The notes under the pieces are model-generated. The model worked only from the letters and a program-made list of their open reading frames with translations, was not told where the DNA came from and ran no database searches. From Thermoplasmata archaeon (GTDB lineage: Archaea; Thermoplasmatota; E2; DHVEG-1): 48,068 nt of DNA. Location: positions 1 to 48,068 of the forward strand of contig DAOWIZ010000018.1 in the NCBI GenBank assembly GCA_030640585.1, given 5' to 3'. Positions 10,826-20,514 of this stretch are shown here, in pieces. A program made the translations under genes and the position numbers. Position 1 is the first letter of the stretch, and each line of letters opens with the position of its first letter.

Positions 10826-11083
10826 ATGTTAGACCTAATTCTTGTCATCTTTTTCTGTATTATGGGTGTTATAACAGGTATTGCAACAGGCTTATTACCC
10901 GGCCTTCATGTAAATAACATAGCACTCATTCTACTATCTTTATCTGGTGCGATAATTGGGGTGTTTAGTTTTCTTTTTGAATATGGGATCTCTGAACAAT
11001 TCATTCTGTTATTGATTTGTGTTTATATCATATCCGTGTCAATCTCTCACACATTCCATGATGTAATCCCAACTACTTTCCTC
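10826..11083 (+). pseudogene. tctA: TctA-family (tripartite tricarboxylate transporter permease) 5' fragment, interrupted by the transposon
   Basis: G..TGLLPGLHVN and HTFHDVIPTTFL motifs. The frame terminates at a TAG inside the left terminal inverted repeat. Confidence 0.9.
11079..11083 (+). repeat. Left target-site duplication TCCTC
   Basis: Identical to 30096-30100; directly abuts the terminal inverted repeat. Confidence 0.92.
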
Positions 11084-11100
11084 CAGTAGTTCCGAATGTA
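11084..11100 (+). repeat. Left terminal inverted repeat CAGTAGTTCCGAA(tGTA)
   Basis: Reverse complement of 30079-30095 is CAGTAGTTCCGAAgGTA: 13/13 perfect, 16/17 overall. Confidence 0.92.
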
Positions 11101-11293
11101 TATTTTAAAGTTATGTTTTTTGATAATTTTGACAAACTTGATAAAAACAGAACTGTATTTTTTAATTAAAATCAATAAAAAATTGTTGGTTAGAGTGCTT
11201 TTGACTGGCATTTTTGTCTTATGCACCAACAATAAATATGATGCAGACTAAGGGATTTAAGAATTTCTATTAAGAACTGAATCGCAGGTCATG

Positions 11294-12907
11294 TTAACCA
11301 CCTGGATCAATCACAATCAACAACGTGCCAAAATACTTGGCAGTAATAATATGTCCATCGCCTACTTTACCATGAAGATGCAACCATATCAAAACATCAG
11401 CGAGTATCCATAAGTTATATAATAACACTGAGAATAAGAAATAGAACAAACGGATATGATAATTCTTAGAAGTGGTTTTAGCACGAAAACTATGCTTTTT
11501 AACACGATAACTGGTTTCAATACCCCAGCGTTTGCTATACAATAAAAATAACCGTTCAAGCAGGTCAACATCATTATTCTCAAAATGCATATTGGTCGAA
11601 AACACTCGTTTTTCACCTGTTTTGTCCTTAGCAACGATTAGATTAAAACTACAGGTTTTCATCCTGAAGCCAGTAATGACAGACGGCGCAGGAGAAAGTT
11701 CCATAGCACGCCTTATCGCATAGTTTCTCTGACCAGGCATCAGCCATTTCAACCCGAAACCATTCAACACACCAATAGACTTCGAGTCAAAGAACCCTCG
11801 GTCAAGATAAACATGGTTGATCTTAATCCGTTTTTTAGCATAATAAACAAGCCTTGTAAACAGGTCTTCCTTGGTGCTTAGAGCATTAACGGGCAAAGCA
11901 AGAAGTGTAAACCGTTTACCATTATCTACAATATTCAATGTGATAAACTTATAGCATCTATCAGTGCCCCGCTCAGGCATTTTACCAACGACCATCAGTG
12001 TCTTTCTATTTCCATAGTAGAACCATTCTGTATAATCAATGGCAACATCGACACGTTTGCGAACATCAAACATATTAGCCTGGCGAGCCATCTCCCAGAC
12101 AATTTCAAACAAAGTCTCATACATGCGCTGCATATCTTTAATATTATCATATTTCTTCAAATGATACAACAGAGTATCTGCGTCAGGGCAACGTTTACGG
12201 TATTCCTTGTAAATCTTACTTCCGCTCTCTGCGAAATTCTGATTTAAGCCCAGATGTATCAAGAGGTCAATAAACATTTTCTTGTTGTAGATGCAGTTTT
12301 TACCAAGATTCAAATCTATAAAAGGAGTAAAACGCTTTTTAAACAAACGGCAAACATCTTTTGTCTGTATGTTTCTCTGAAGTCTCTGGTTGCGCTCTTT
12401 CGTGTCTTTCTTTGGTTTTTCAGGTTCTAAGGTTTTAATATCAAACAAAATCCCAAACTTCTCAGAAACCTCAATTATTTTATCAACTGTAAAATCAAGA
12501 AGTCTTTTTGTTTCTTCATCGAGAATATGATTAATAAAATAACTAACAGTTGTCTGGTCAGGAGTTACACTAAAGCCTAGTTTGTATTTATCGCCAGGGC
12601 GTCTTTTCAAATATCTGACAAGTTTTGTTTGAAACTTAATTCCTTTTAGTTTCTGGTATAAAACAAGATTAATCATAGATGTATAATCATATTTTATTTT
12701 ACGATATGTTTTTTCCTGAAAAATTGATGTATCAAAACTTTGGAGGTATTCGGCAACGGTCACTTTAGGTTGCTTTTTGAATAGCTCAAAGGTTTTATAA
12801 ATCTCCAGTTCTATGTTTCTTCTGGAGACACGCATTCTGCTTTGGCTCATGTGTTGTCTCCAGACCCCTTGAGAAGGACCAATTCTCTTGGGGTCATCCT
12901 TTTTCAA
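11294..12907 (-). CDS. DDE transposase, ISH3 family (IS4-like), with long N-terminal extension
   Basis: VAIDYT..FYYG, GTDRCYKF...GKRFTL, YLDRGFF, YSKRWGIETSYR..K (YREK motif), RLFYFLFSVLLYNLW. Start uncertain (TTG 12907 or ATG 12850). Confidence 0.9.
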   Translation of the reverse strand: MKKDDPKRIGPSQGVWRQHMSQSRMRVSRRNIELEIYKTFELFKKQPKVTVAEYLQSFDTSIFQEKTYRKIKYDYTSMINLVLYQKLKGIKFQTKLVRYLKRRPGDKYKLGFSVTPDQTTVSYFINHILDEETKRLLDFTVDKIIEVSEKFGILFDIKTLEPEKPKKDTKERNQRLQRNIQTKDVCRLFKKRFTPFIDLNLGKNCIYNKKMFIDLLIHLGLNQNFAESGSKIYKEYRKRCPDADTLLYHLKKYDNIKDMQRMYETLFEIVWEMARQANMFDVRKRVDVAIDYTEWFYYGNRKTLMVVGKMPERGTDRCYKFITLNIVDNGKRFTLLALPVNALSTKEDLFTRLVYYAKKRIKINHVYLDRGFFDSKSIGVLNGFGLKWLMPGQRNYAIRRAMELSPAPSVITGFRMKTCSFNLIVAKDKTGEKRVFSTNMHFENNDVDLLERLFLLYSKRWGIETSYRVKKHSFRAKTTSKNYHIRLFYFLFSVLLYNLWILADVLIWLHLHGKVGDGHIITAKYFGTLLIVIDPGG

Positions 12908-13058
12908 ACTTTGATTGTATTTTTCTAAAGTAGTTTGAAAATAAGGTTTAGATATGTTTCTGGAGTCATAGAGTTATACCACCCCCAAAGTGGGGGTTTT
13001 GGAATGAAAGTATCTTTTTTATTTCTTTCCCAAATCAACTGCATTTATCGCTACCTTA

Positions 13059-13175
13059 TTTCCTACCTATTTAACTACATCTACAATCTCATATATAAAC
13101 TTTTAGGTAGGAAAATTAAAAGTGTTAAGGGTAGTTAAAAAAGCAGTAAAAGTTATATAATTAAACTGCCATTTA
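13059..13175. promoter_or_regulatory. Divergent promoters with inverted repeats, between the transposase and the AbrB/methyltransferase genes
   Basis: Leftward TATA-like AAAAGTTTATATAT (minus strand, about 13091-13104) flanked by the 11-bp IR TTTCCTACCTA (13059-13069)/TAGGTAGGAAA (13104-13114). Rightward AAAAGTTATATAA (about 13148-13160) flanked by GCAGT/ACTGC. Confidence 0.5.
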
Positions 13176-13188
13176 ACAATTGATATAT

Positions 13189-13368
13189 ATGGGATTTAAA
13201 ACCACAATTGCTAAAGCTTCTACCATCTCAAATTCCTTTAGAACAACAGTACCAGCTGCAATAATAAACCAGTTCAATTTAAACGATGGGGATAAACTAG
13301 ATTGGGAACTAAAAGCAGAAAATGGTAACTTAATTGTAATTATAAAACCTGAGAAGAAGGAGATGTAG
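13189..13368 (+). CDS. AbrB/MazE/SpoVT-family DNA-binding protein
   Basis: SFRTTVPAAIINQFNLNDGDKLDW pattern; ATG at 13189. Confidence 0.85.
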   Translation: MGFKTTIAKASTISNSFRTTVPAAIINQFNLNDGDKLDWELKAENGNLIVIIKPEKKEM

Positions 13369-13375
13369 TGAAAGC

Positions 13376-14995
13376 ATGCTATTGGTAGAACAAAAGAAGA
13401 GATTACAATTGAATAAGGTTACATTTAGACAATATCTTGCATTAGTATTTATAATTACTGAACTAAGGGAGGAATTTCGCTGTCCATCCCCTGACGAAAT
13501 TAAAAAAGAAATTCGGTTTTCAACAGATCGATTACTTAACACTACACTAAAAGCCTTGGAAAAAAAAGGATTTTTAATTTTTAATGGACTTGATAAAAAT
13601 CCGATAGTTGAATTAACCGAAGAAACTAAAAAGATAGAAGCAAATCTCATTGATAAATTATTTTTAATCGAAGAATACACACCCTATACTGAAATTAAAA
13701 AACAAATCAAAATCGTCGACACCCCAAAAAACTTTCTTAATCTATTAATAGAAACAAAAATCATTCCTGGGGGCAATATCATCTCACTTATTAATCAAAA
13801 AACCATCGTAAATAGATGGTATGGACTACTCGAAGAATTTCCACCAAGCCTTGTTTGGAACAAACTCAAAGAATACAATATAAAATCAGAACATACAGTT
13901 CTTGATCCTTGCCTTGGAAGTGGAACAACAATTACAACAGCAAGATTATACGGAACCAAAACAGTTGGTATCGATATAAATCCAACATCAACTTTTGTAT
14001 CCACAGTTAAAACAACATGGAATGTAGACCTAAAAGAGTTAAAAGAAGAGATAAATTCTATTTTAAATGAATACCAGACAGCATGTCCAATTCTCGATAA
14101 CATCAGAACAACAACCGAAGCATTAGAATGTATGACTTGGATGGAAAAACATCAATGGCTTAAACCAAGAAACCAAAATGATGTTGCATTTATCAAGGAA
14201 AGAATTAAAGAGATAAGAAATAATAAAATAAAGAATATCTTCCTGCTTGCCTTAATAGAAGCAGCAGTTGAAGCATCAAATGCCTCATTTTGTCCAGGGA
14301 CATCTTTTTACCCATTTAGGAAAAAACCAGAGTTTGGATATTGTTTCGAAAACAAACTTAGAATGATATATGAAGATCTTTTTTTAATTAAAAAAAGTGA
14401 TTTAAAGCCAAAGCCAACACAGATCTACAATAAAGATATGAGAGAAATGGCCGATTATATTGAACCAAACAGCATTGATTTTTTACTTACATCTCCACCA
14501 TATCCAAATGATTTGGAATATACAAGACAAACACGTCTTGATTTATTTCTGTTAGATTATGTTAAAAACATGGGGGATGTAAAAGAGATCAAGAAGCAAA
14601 TGATCAAAGGGAGTACTAAGCTGATTTTTAATGAAAGTAACAGCGCTCAATATATCCAAAAATTCCCGATAATAATGAACGTTGTCTATAGATTAGCAGA
14701 AAAGTTTAAAGATAAAAATTGGGGGTGGGACTATCCACGGATGATCCAGGAATACTTCGGAGACATATATTTGGCCTTAGAAGCTACTCAGAAGGTAATG
14801 AAAGACAATAGATATGCACTCTATGTTGTTGGAGACCAATCATACAAAGGGGTTCTAATACCTGTTGGCAGAGCGATGATTGATATTGCAAAAGATCTCA
14901 ACTATAAGAATGCAAAACTCGAAGAAGTAAGAATCAGAAGAAGCACACTTCATACTATGCCTTTAATAGAAGAAATTGTCATACTTCAAAAATAA
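13376..14995 (+). CDS. Amino-DNA methyltransferase (probably m4C, alpha motif order) with N-terminal LexA-like winged helix
   Basis: SAM motif VLDPCLGSGTT...GIDINP precedes catalytic LTSPPY; N-terminal PSPDEIKK...LKALEKKGFL. Confidence 0.88.
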   Translation: MLLVEQKKRLQLNKVTFRQYLALVFIITELREEFRCPSPDEIKKEIRFSTDRLLNTTLKALEKKGFLIFNGLDKNPIVELTEETKKIEANLIDKLFLIEEYTPYTEIKKQIKIVDTPKNFLNLLIETKIIPGGNIISLINQKTIVNRWYGLLEEFPPSLVWNKLKEYNIKSEHTVLDPCLGSGTTITTARLYGTKTVGIDINPTSTFVSTVKTTWNVDLKELKEEINSILNEYQTACPILDNIRTTTEALECMTWMEKHQWLKPRNQNDVAFIKERIKEIRNNKIKNIFLLALIEAAVEASNASFCPGTSFYPFRKKPEFGYCFENKLRMIYEDLFLIKKSDLKPKPTQIYNKDMREMADYIEPNSIDFLLTSPPYPNDLEYTRQTRLDLFLLDYVKNMGDVKEIKKQMIKGSTKLIFNESNSAQYIQKFPIIMNVVYRLAEKFKDKNWGWDYPRMIQEYFGDIYLALEATQKVMKDNRYALYVVGDQSYKGVLIPVGRAMIDIAKDLNYKNAKLEEVRIRRSTLHTMPLIEEIVILQK

Positions 14996-14998
14996 AAA

Positions 14999-15922
14999 CT
15001 ACACTCTTATTGTAAATCGATTGTTGATACATTGTCGGATTTTATCACGTAATAAATCTAACGTAATGTCATGTTGTTTACCTGTTATAGACTTTTGAAT
15101 GTCCTCTGGTGTTGTGACATAATATTTATCAGTAGATAAATTGAATTTATCCTGATTTTGATTATATACTAATTTAACAGTTAAAAAATAAAAAAACTTA
15201 TCCTTGGGTAGAGGAAGATTTGTCACATCCTGTAATGGAAAAGCAAAAGTCCTTCTAAAAAAAGCAAATAAATAATCTTGTAAAATCCAAATTGATGGAA
15301 CACGAATCTCTTCGAATAGATACCCTTTATCAATCATCTGTAAAGAAGACCCTTTAACTGATGCTTTAGAGTTCAATCCATATCCATAATTTTTACTAGT
15401 GACATTAATTCCATGGTAGGAATCTCGAATACATTCGACAATGCCCCTTGTGCCTGTAGTACTATCAGATTGATACTCAATATGCGCTACTCTTCCTATC
15501 CTTTCAAAACCATCCTGATCAATTATTTCACCTATCAAACCATCGGCAGTTCCAAATGGACGAATGCCAACCTCTCCTGTAACAACTATATTATTACCAT
15601 CAAAAAATTGCTGTTTTATCGAATTGAAAATAGTATTATCTTCAAAGAACCTATAGGGGCAAATAATTACTGGATATGGAACATCACTCCAACTTGGATT
15701 ATGCCAAGCTGTACATGCGCCTGTTTGGTGTGTTAGTAGCCGATTCCCTTCATCATCAGTTAAATTCGAAATTTTGTTATCTGGATCGCAAGGGCGGTTA
15801 TCAGACATGAATGGACAGATGTGGGTTCTTCTGTAACTCTGGGGTTTTTCAGATGTGTTTGTTGGTGGATAGCCAAAAATTTCTGCAACATATTTATTAT
15901 GTTTATTATCTGATGAAGCCAT
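14999..15922 (-). CDS. NotI-family type II restriction endonuclease
   Basis: AEIFG, four-Cys pattern CPF..C...GAC...VIICPYRF, then EV...D...IEYQ. Convergent with the methyltransferase (3-bp gap). Confidence 0.75.
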   Translation of the reverse strand: MASSDNKHNKYVAEIFGYPPTNTSEKPQSYRRTHICPFMSDNRPCDPDNKISNLTDDEGNRLLTHQTGACTAWHNPSWSDVPYPVIICPYRFFEDNTIFNSIKQQFFDGNNIVVTGEVGIRPFGTADGLIGEIIDQDGFERIGRVAHIEYQSDSTTGTRGIVECIRDSYHGINVTSKNYGYGLNSKASVKGSSLQMIDKGYLFEEIRVPSIWILQDYLFAFFRRTFAFPLQDVTNLPLPKDKFFYFLTVKLVYNQNQDKFNLSTDKYYVTTPEDIQKSITGKQHDITLDLLRDKIRQCINNRFTIRV

Positions 15923-16015
15923 TTAAATAACAAATCAATAAGATGCATAAAAAACCTCCGTAAAAAAAAATTATATGAAGTGGGAGGACAATATAAAAAA
16001 TTGGTGTGTAAATTT

Positions 16016-16987
16016 TTACACATTTTTCGTATCATCATATTCGTCATCTAAATTTTCTTCTTTTGAGGAATTGTATGTGAAAAAATCAGTTAAACTTGAT
16101 TGTTTTTTATCTTTTTCTTGTTCTATTGCCTCAAAAAAGTTTGAGGTTAATGCTTTAGATCCAGAAATTGAAGAATGACTTAATTTTGTATACTTTATCG
16201 TAAATGCAAATTGTTCAAGTGATACATTTTCGAACCATCCAACATGTCTTCCAATATTAACTGCTTCAGTCCATTTTTTTTCATTAATTATTCCATATGG
16301 TCTTAATATTTCTCCAAGCTTTTCTTTATTTATCTCAATTCCGTTTTTGTCTTCTCCATAATATTTTTCAATAGCTCGTAAAACAATAAATTGTAATAAA
16401 TAAATTGGATGGCAACTATTTTTTAATATTCTAAATGCCCCGATACCTTTTGATAACAATGGAACATTAATTTTTGGAAAAGATTTACTAAATTTTCCCC
16501 CAGCGCAACTAAAGAATTTTTGAGATTTTGGATAATACCAAAGAGTGAGACCCAACTTTTTCCCTAGTTTAGAACTAATATCTTTTTTACAAACATTAAA
16601 AACTTCTAAAGCAGTAGAACGATGATTCTGAGGGGACACAAGAAAGACATCAACATAAGGTATAAAGTCAGTTCCAGTTAGTAATTTAAGACTTTGAGGA
16701 GATATATTAGCATAAGCTAACAATTGATCTTTCTTGTTCGTCGGGTCACTTGTTTCTTCAATTAAAAGTACTGCATCTTTATTTTTAGAAACATATACTA
16801 AATCTGCTTCGAAAATATCTTTTTTTAATTTTATATCTTTATTTGTATGAAGTTCTACTTCATTTCCATAATATTTATAGATATTTTTATAGTTTTCAAA
16901 AATAGCTGAATCTATTTTTTCAATAAGACGATGTCTTTCAAGGTAGCCAAAATAATTTCTTTTACTACGTTCATCAATTTTTACCAA
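16016..16987 (-). CDS. Hypothetical protein, possible divergent PD-(D/E)XK fold
   Basis: 323-aa ORF; ADLVYV...VLLIEET segment; 3 bp from the upstream gene. Confidence 0.6.
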   Translation of the reverse strand: MVKIDERSKRNYFGYLERHRLIEKIDSAIFENYKNIYKYYGNEVELHTNKDIKLKKDIFEADLVYVSKNKDAVLLIEETSDPTNKKDQLLAYANISPQSLKLLTGTDFIPYVDVFLVSPQNHRSTALEVFNVCKKDISSKLGKKLGLTLWYYPKSQKFFSCAGGKFSKSFPKINVPLLSKGIGAFRILKNSCHPIYLLQFIVLRAIEKYYGEDKNGIEINKEKLGEILRPYGIINEKKWTEAVNIGRHVGWFENVSLEQFAFTIKYTKLSHSSISGSKALTSNFFEAIEQEKDKKQSSLTDFFTYNSSKEENLDDEYDDTKNV

Positions 16988-16990
16988 CTA

Positions 16991-18070
16991 TTACTCACCA
17001 ATGGTAATTTTTTGGAAGTCAATATCAGGATCAATGTAGGAAGCCATTCGAGAAACTAATCTTCTAATTGCAGATCTAGCTTCTGATGGATTTTCAGAAT
17101 AAATAAATAATTCATCGTCATTAATAGTCAGTTGTAATGATTTCCTTTCTCTCAGATCTAAAATATTGGCTCTATCTGGCCCCAAAGGAATGCCTATGTA
17201 TCCATGTGCCCCTCCAGATGATGTGAACATATTAAGTATTGCTTCATTACGTTTTTCTATCGTTCCTTTAATTTTTTTTATTGAAGGCATTTTAATTTTT
17301 ACAATATCTTCAATTTGACGATAAGATACACCATCAATCACTGTTTTATGTGATTGTGAGAACCCATATGATTCATCCCATTTTCTTAAAAAACTAACAT
17401 ACTTACCTGTAATGAAAATAATTGATTTTGATAAACCACTACTAAATGAAATTCTCCCTTGATTTGTCATTTCAAATTTGATAAGATCTCCATCATTCCC
17501 CATTTCAATTCCGATTTTACGTGGATGGAGCGCATGCTGTTTTTCAAGCCGATTTATCACTTCTTTTGTTTTTCTTCCTCGTACTTGGACAGTAATTCCA
17601 TATCCTGAATATTCATTATGTGGTTGGAACTGGGTTCTTTCAATAACAATTTTCCCTCCGTCTTTAACAAAGATGCGTGTCAATTCATAAAATCGTTCTT
17701 TATTTAACCAAGGGATTCGAAGAGTAGGATGTTGTCGAAGGAATTGTTCAATTTTTCTTGTTCCATCTTCATCCTGTGTATGATAAACTACAACTCCCCA
17801 GTCCCATTCATCAAAATAAAATTCAAAATCCTTGGTTGAATAATAAAATTCTTTTTCTCCCTTAGTTTCAACTGGCTTTCGTTTTTCTTTCTCAAATATC
17901 GAATGATTTGGACTAAAAAAGGCAATATATACTTTGAGATTTTTCGCTCTTGCACCTTTTTCCCAATCAACTGATTTACTCAGTAATTCTTTTAGGTGCT
18001 CTGTTTTCATCAAAGAAACCTCTTTTTGAAATATGTAATCTGAGCGGCCAGTATAACTTTTTCTATGCAT
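16991..18070 (-). CDS. Hypothetical protein, no family recognised
   Basis: Long ORF in AT-rich DNA; start likely ATG 18070 or 18010. Confidence 0.65.
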   Translation of the reverse strand: MHRKSYTGRSDYIFQKEVSLMKTEHLKELLSKSVDWEKGARAKNLKVYIAFFSPNHSIFEKEKRKPVETKGEKEFYYSTKDFEFYFDEWDWGVVVYHTQDEDGTRKIEQFLRQHPTLRIPWLNKERFYELTRIFVKDGGKIVIERTQFQPHNEYSGYGITVQVRGRKTKEVINRLEKQHALHPRKIGIEMGNDGDLIKFEMTNQGRISFSSGLSKSIIFITGKYVSFLRKWDESYGFSQSHKTVIDGVSYRQIEDIVKIKMPSIKKIKGTIEKRNEAILNMFTSSGGAHGYIGIPLGPDRANILDLRERKSLQLTINDDELFIYSENPSEARSAIRRLVSRMASYIDPDIDFQKITIGE

Positions 18071-18089
18071 AAAATCAACTTCTTTATTA

Positions 18090-18178
18090 TACAAGTAATA
18101 CTACTTAAATTTTACTTGTATATTACTTGATATACAAAAAATTTAGCAATATACAAATAGCTTATATTTGATATACAA
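18090..18178. promoter_or_regulatory. Operator-like repeat cluster in a divergent intergenic region
   Basis: ATATACAA at 18130, 18149 and 18171 (TTGATATACAA twice), inverted copy TTGTATAT at 18116, and IR TACAAGTAA/TTACTTGTA. Confidence 0.55.
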
Positions 18179-18203
18179 TTGATGTGAGGAGAATAGCATA
18201 ACT

Positions 18204-18395
18204 ATGCCAAAAAAATCATCTAGTGTAAAAACAAAACCCGTACCAATAAGATTATCAGAACCCATGATTGAAGCAATTGACTTTGCAATAGAACTTGGCC
18301 AAGGCAATGATAGAAACGATGTCATCCGAACAGCTATTGCTAATTATTTAAGAGAGTTAAACGTGACAAATGAAATGAAAAAAAGAAAAGTTTAG
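18204..18395 (+). CDS. Ribbon-helix-helix (CopG-like) regulator
   Basis: VPIRLSEPMIEAID...G...RNDVIRTAIANYL; SD GAGGAG. Confidence 0.85.
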   Translation: MPKKSSSVKTKPVPIRLSEPMIEAIDFAIELGQGNDRNDVIRTAIANYLRELNVTNEMKKRKV

Positions 18396-19837
18396 TTTGC
18401 AATCGTATATAATTTTTCATGTAATTTTACCATTGCAATTGTATCTTGTTTACAATATTTTAATAGATTTTGTTTATGCTTTTCTATTTCTTTTTTATCA
18501 TACTTTTTTAACATCATATATGCAAAAATTGCACTTGCTGTTAACCCATCAGAAATATCAAATCCGTCATAAGAAAATTCTGGAATTAAAACGGGACAAG
18601 TTACTTTTACTGAAGTTTTACCATGAAATTCTGGATTGTAATAATTATTTCTAATTATTGCCTCTAAATCAACTAATCTTTCTAAAATCACGTCAAAATC
18701 TTTTTTTAGATCTAGATATAGACCTTTAAGATAGTTAATAATCCTTTTCTCAAAACTACTATAGACAATAATACTTCCTGCTTCTTCTAAATCCAATATT
18801 AACTTTTTTGCGAGGTCTTCCCTGTAATCTCCATCAGGATTTGATAAAAATTCAAAATGGTCAACTATATGCCCAGGTTTTGAACATTTATGAATTGAAT
18901 ATTGTGTTGGAATTTGTTCATAAGGCTTTGTGTCGGGTAGTAATGGCAAAGCTGTCTGATAAGTTTCAAAATCTAAATAAAAAGATGGCCATATTATTTT
19001 ATCTAAATCTTTTTTTAGATTTTTATCTATATGTTGTGTATTATTTTTTACGCAGTCCTTCACTAAATTCTGTTTTGCAGATAATGAAAAACCATCAGGA
19101 ATGTCTTCAATAAATGTAACTCCCGACTGTAATAAAGTATTAAATTTTGTTTTTCCTAACCGAGGAATGTCAAAAAGATGATTTTTATATTTTTTCCCTA
19201 TACAGTCATTGAATATTTTACAATATTTACATTCATATCTGAGAGATGAAGTAGGTTTTTCATCAGTACTGGTAATATTATCTATTTGATCCCATAACCG
19301 ATCAAATTCTTTTACTTTTTCAATAACATCATCTGTATGATCAATTTCTCTAAAAAGATCTTTATCATCCATGCCCAGACGATAATCAGGAGAAATTAAA
19401 AATAAAGATATTTTTGATATATCAAATCCTGATTTATTCATTACCATTGTTGTATATGCCATATCATCAATATATTCATCTTTATCATTCATACCAGATT
19501 TTACTTCGATCATTTTCCATTTGTTATCTATTAACTCTAATATATCTGCTTTAGCTGCATAATTATCAACTAAAAAGGCGCTTTCAAAAAGAGTTGGCAT
19601 TATTCTCTTGTTTAACATATCACTTGTTTTTTTTGCATTTTCTTCAAAATTAGGTGCATATATAATCGCTCCATTTGGATAAAGATTTTGAGCTTTTTTC
19701 CCAATAGTCCTACCTTGCTCCATTAGAAATCTATCAGAGATAGTTAATGGTTTGGTAAATCCCTTGTTTCTTATAATCCATCCCAATGTTGGACAATTTA
19801 TTGCATTTAGAAATACTGTTTTATTAACATTATTCAA
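18392..19837 (-). CDS. DUF2779-type protein (RecB/Cas4-like nuclease plus RNase H-like domain)
   Basis: CP..W, AKADIL...IEVKS, C.YC....C, FYLDFET..PYEQIP.QYS.H, YSSFEK, YCKQDT. Likely start TTG 19837 after GGAGGG. Confidence 0.8.
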   Translation of the reverse strand: MNNVNKTVFLNAINCPTLGWIIRNKGFTKPLTISDRFLMEQGRTIGKKAQNLYPNGAIIYAPNFEENAKKTSDMLNKRIMPTLFESAFLVDNYAAKADILELIDNKWKMIEVKSGMNDKDEYIDDMAYTTMVMNKSGFDISKISLFLISPDYRLGMDDKDLFREIDHTDDVIEKVKEFDRLWDQIDNITSTDEKPTSSLRYECKYCKIFNDCIGKKYKNHLFDIPRLGKTKFNTLLQSGVTFIEDIPDGFSLSAKQNLVKDCVKNNTQHIDKNLKKDLDKIIWPSFYLDFETYQTALPLLPDTKPYEQIPTQYSIHKCSKPGHIVDHFEFLSNPDGDYREDLAKKLILDLEEAGSIIVYSSFEKRIINYLKGLYLDLKKDFDVILERLVDLEAIIRNNYYNPEFHGKTSVKVTCPVLIPEFSYDGFDISDGLTASAIFAYMMLKKYDKKEIEKHKQNLLKYCKQDTIAMVKLHEKLYTIAN

Positions 19838-19920
19838 TTTTTCTTCCCTCCATTCATATATGTAAATAAAAGATGCTTTTAAATAACATTTTAAGATATG
19901 AAACATGGAGTTTTTTAATT

Positions 19921-20493
19921 ATGGGTAAAAAAGTATTTTGGTTAGATGTAGAAACTACGGGTTTAGATCCTGAACAGCAAGATATTATCCAACTTGCTTT
20001 TTTAATAGAAATCGATGGCGAAATCGCTGAAAGCCAAAATATGTTAATGCAACCTTTTAATTATAATGAAGTGCAACAAGACGCTCTTGATGTTCATGGT
20101 AGAACCATTGAAGAAATAAAAACATATCCTGATCCTCGTAAAACATATACTGATTTAATTTCTGTCCTTGAAAAATATGTAGATAGATATAATCCTTCAG
20201 ATAAGTTTCATCCAGCTGGCTATAATGCCAGATTTGACATGGATTTTTTAAGACAGTTCTTTATTAAAAATGGAGACGTTTATTATGGATCTTGGTTTAA
20301 TTATAAAGCAATTGACCCGATGTCTTTATTACACATACTTGATGGAATTGGAAGTGTTTCAATAGAGAATTATAAACTAGAAACTGTATGTAAACACTTT
20401 GATATATGTCATGATGCTCATGATGCATTAAGTGATATAACTGCAACAAGAGAACTTACAAAACTTATTTGTTCAAAATATATTAAAGGTTGA
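19921..20493 (+). CDS. DEDDh 3'-5' exonuclease (DnaQ-like)
   Basis: WLDVETTGLDP, AGYNARFD, AHDALSDI; SD GGAG before ATG 19921. Confidence 0.92.
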   Translation: MGKKVFWLDVETTGLDPEQQDIIQLAFLIEIDGEIAESQNMLMQPFNYNEVQQDALDVHGRTIEEIKTYPDPRKTYTDLISVLEKYVDRYNPSDKFHPAGYNARFDMDFLRQFFIKNGDVYYGSWFNYKAIDPMSLLHILDGIGSVSIENYKLETVCKHFDICHDAHDALSDITATRELTKLICSKYIKG

Positions 20494-20514
20494 ATTTAGT
20501 ATTGTTTTGCATTA

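Noticed and set aside
12908-13180. Internal second IS end, which would make a simple IS plus an unrelated island
   Set aside because: No match to TTCGGAACTACTG was seen here by eye, and the TSD pairs only with the end at 30095. A degenerate end is not fully excluded.
18392-19837. Cas4-like motif as evidence of CRISPR-Cas
   Set aside because: It is part of a DUF2779-type protein. No repeat-spacer array or other cas genes occur in the window.
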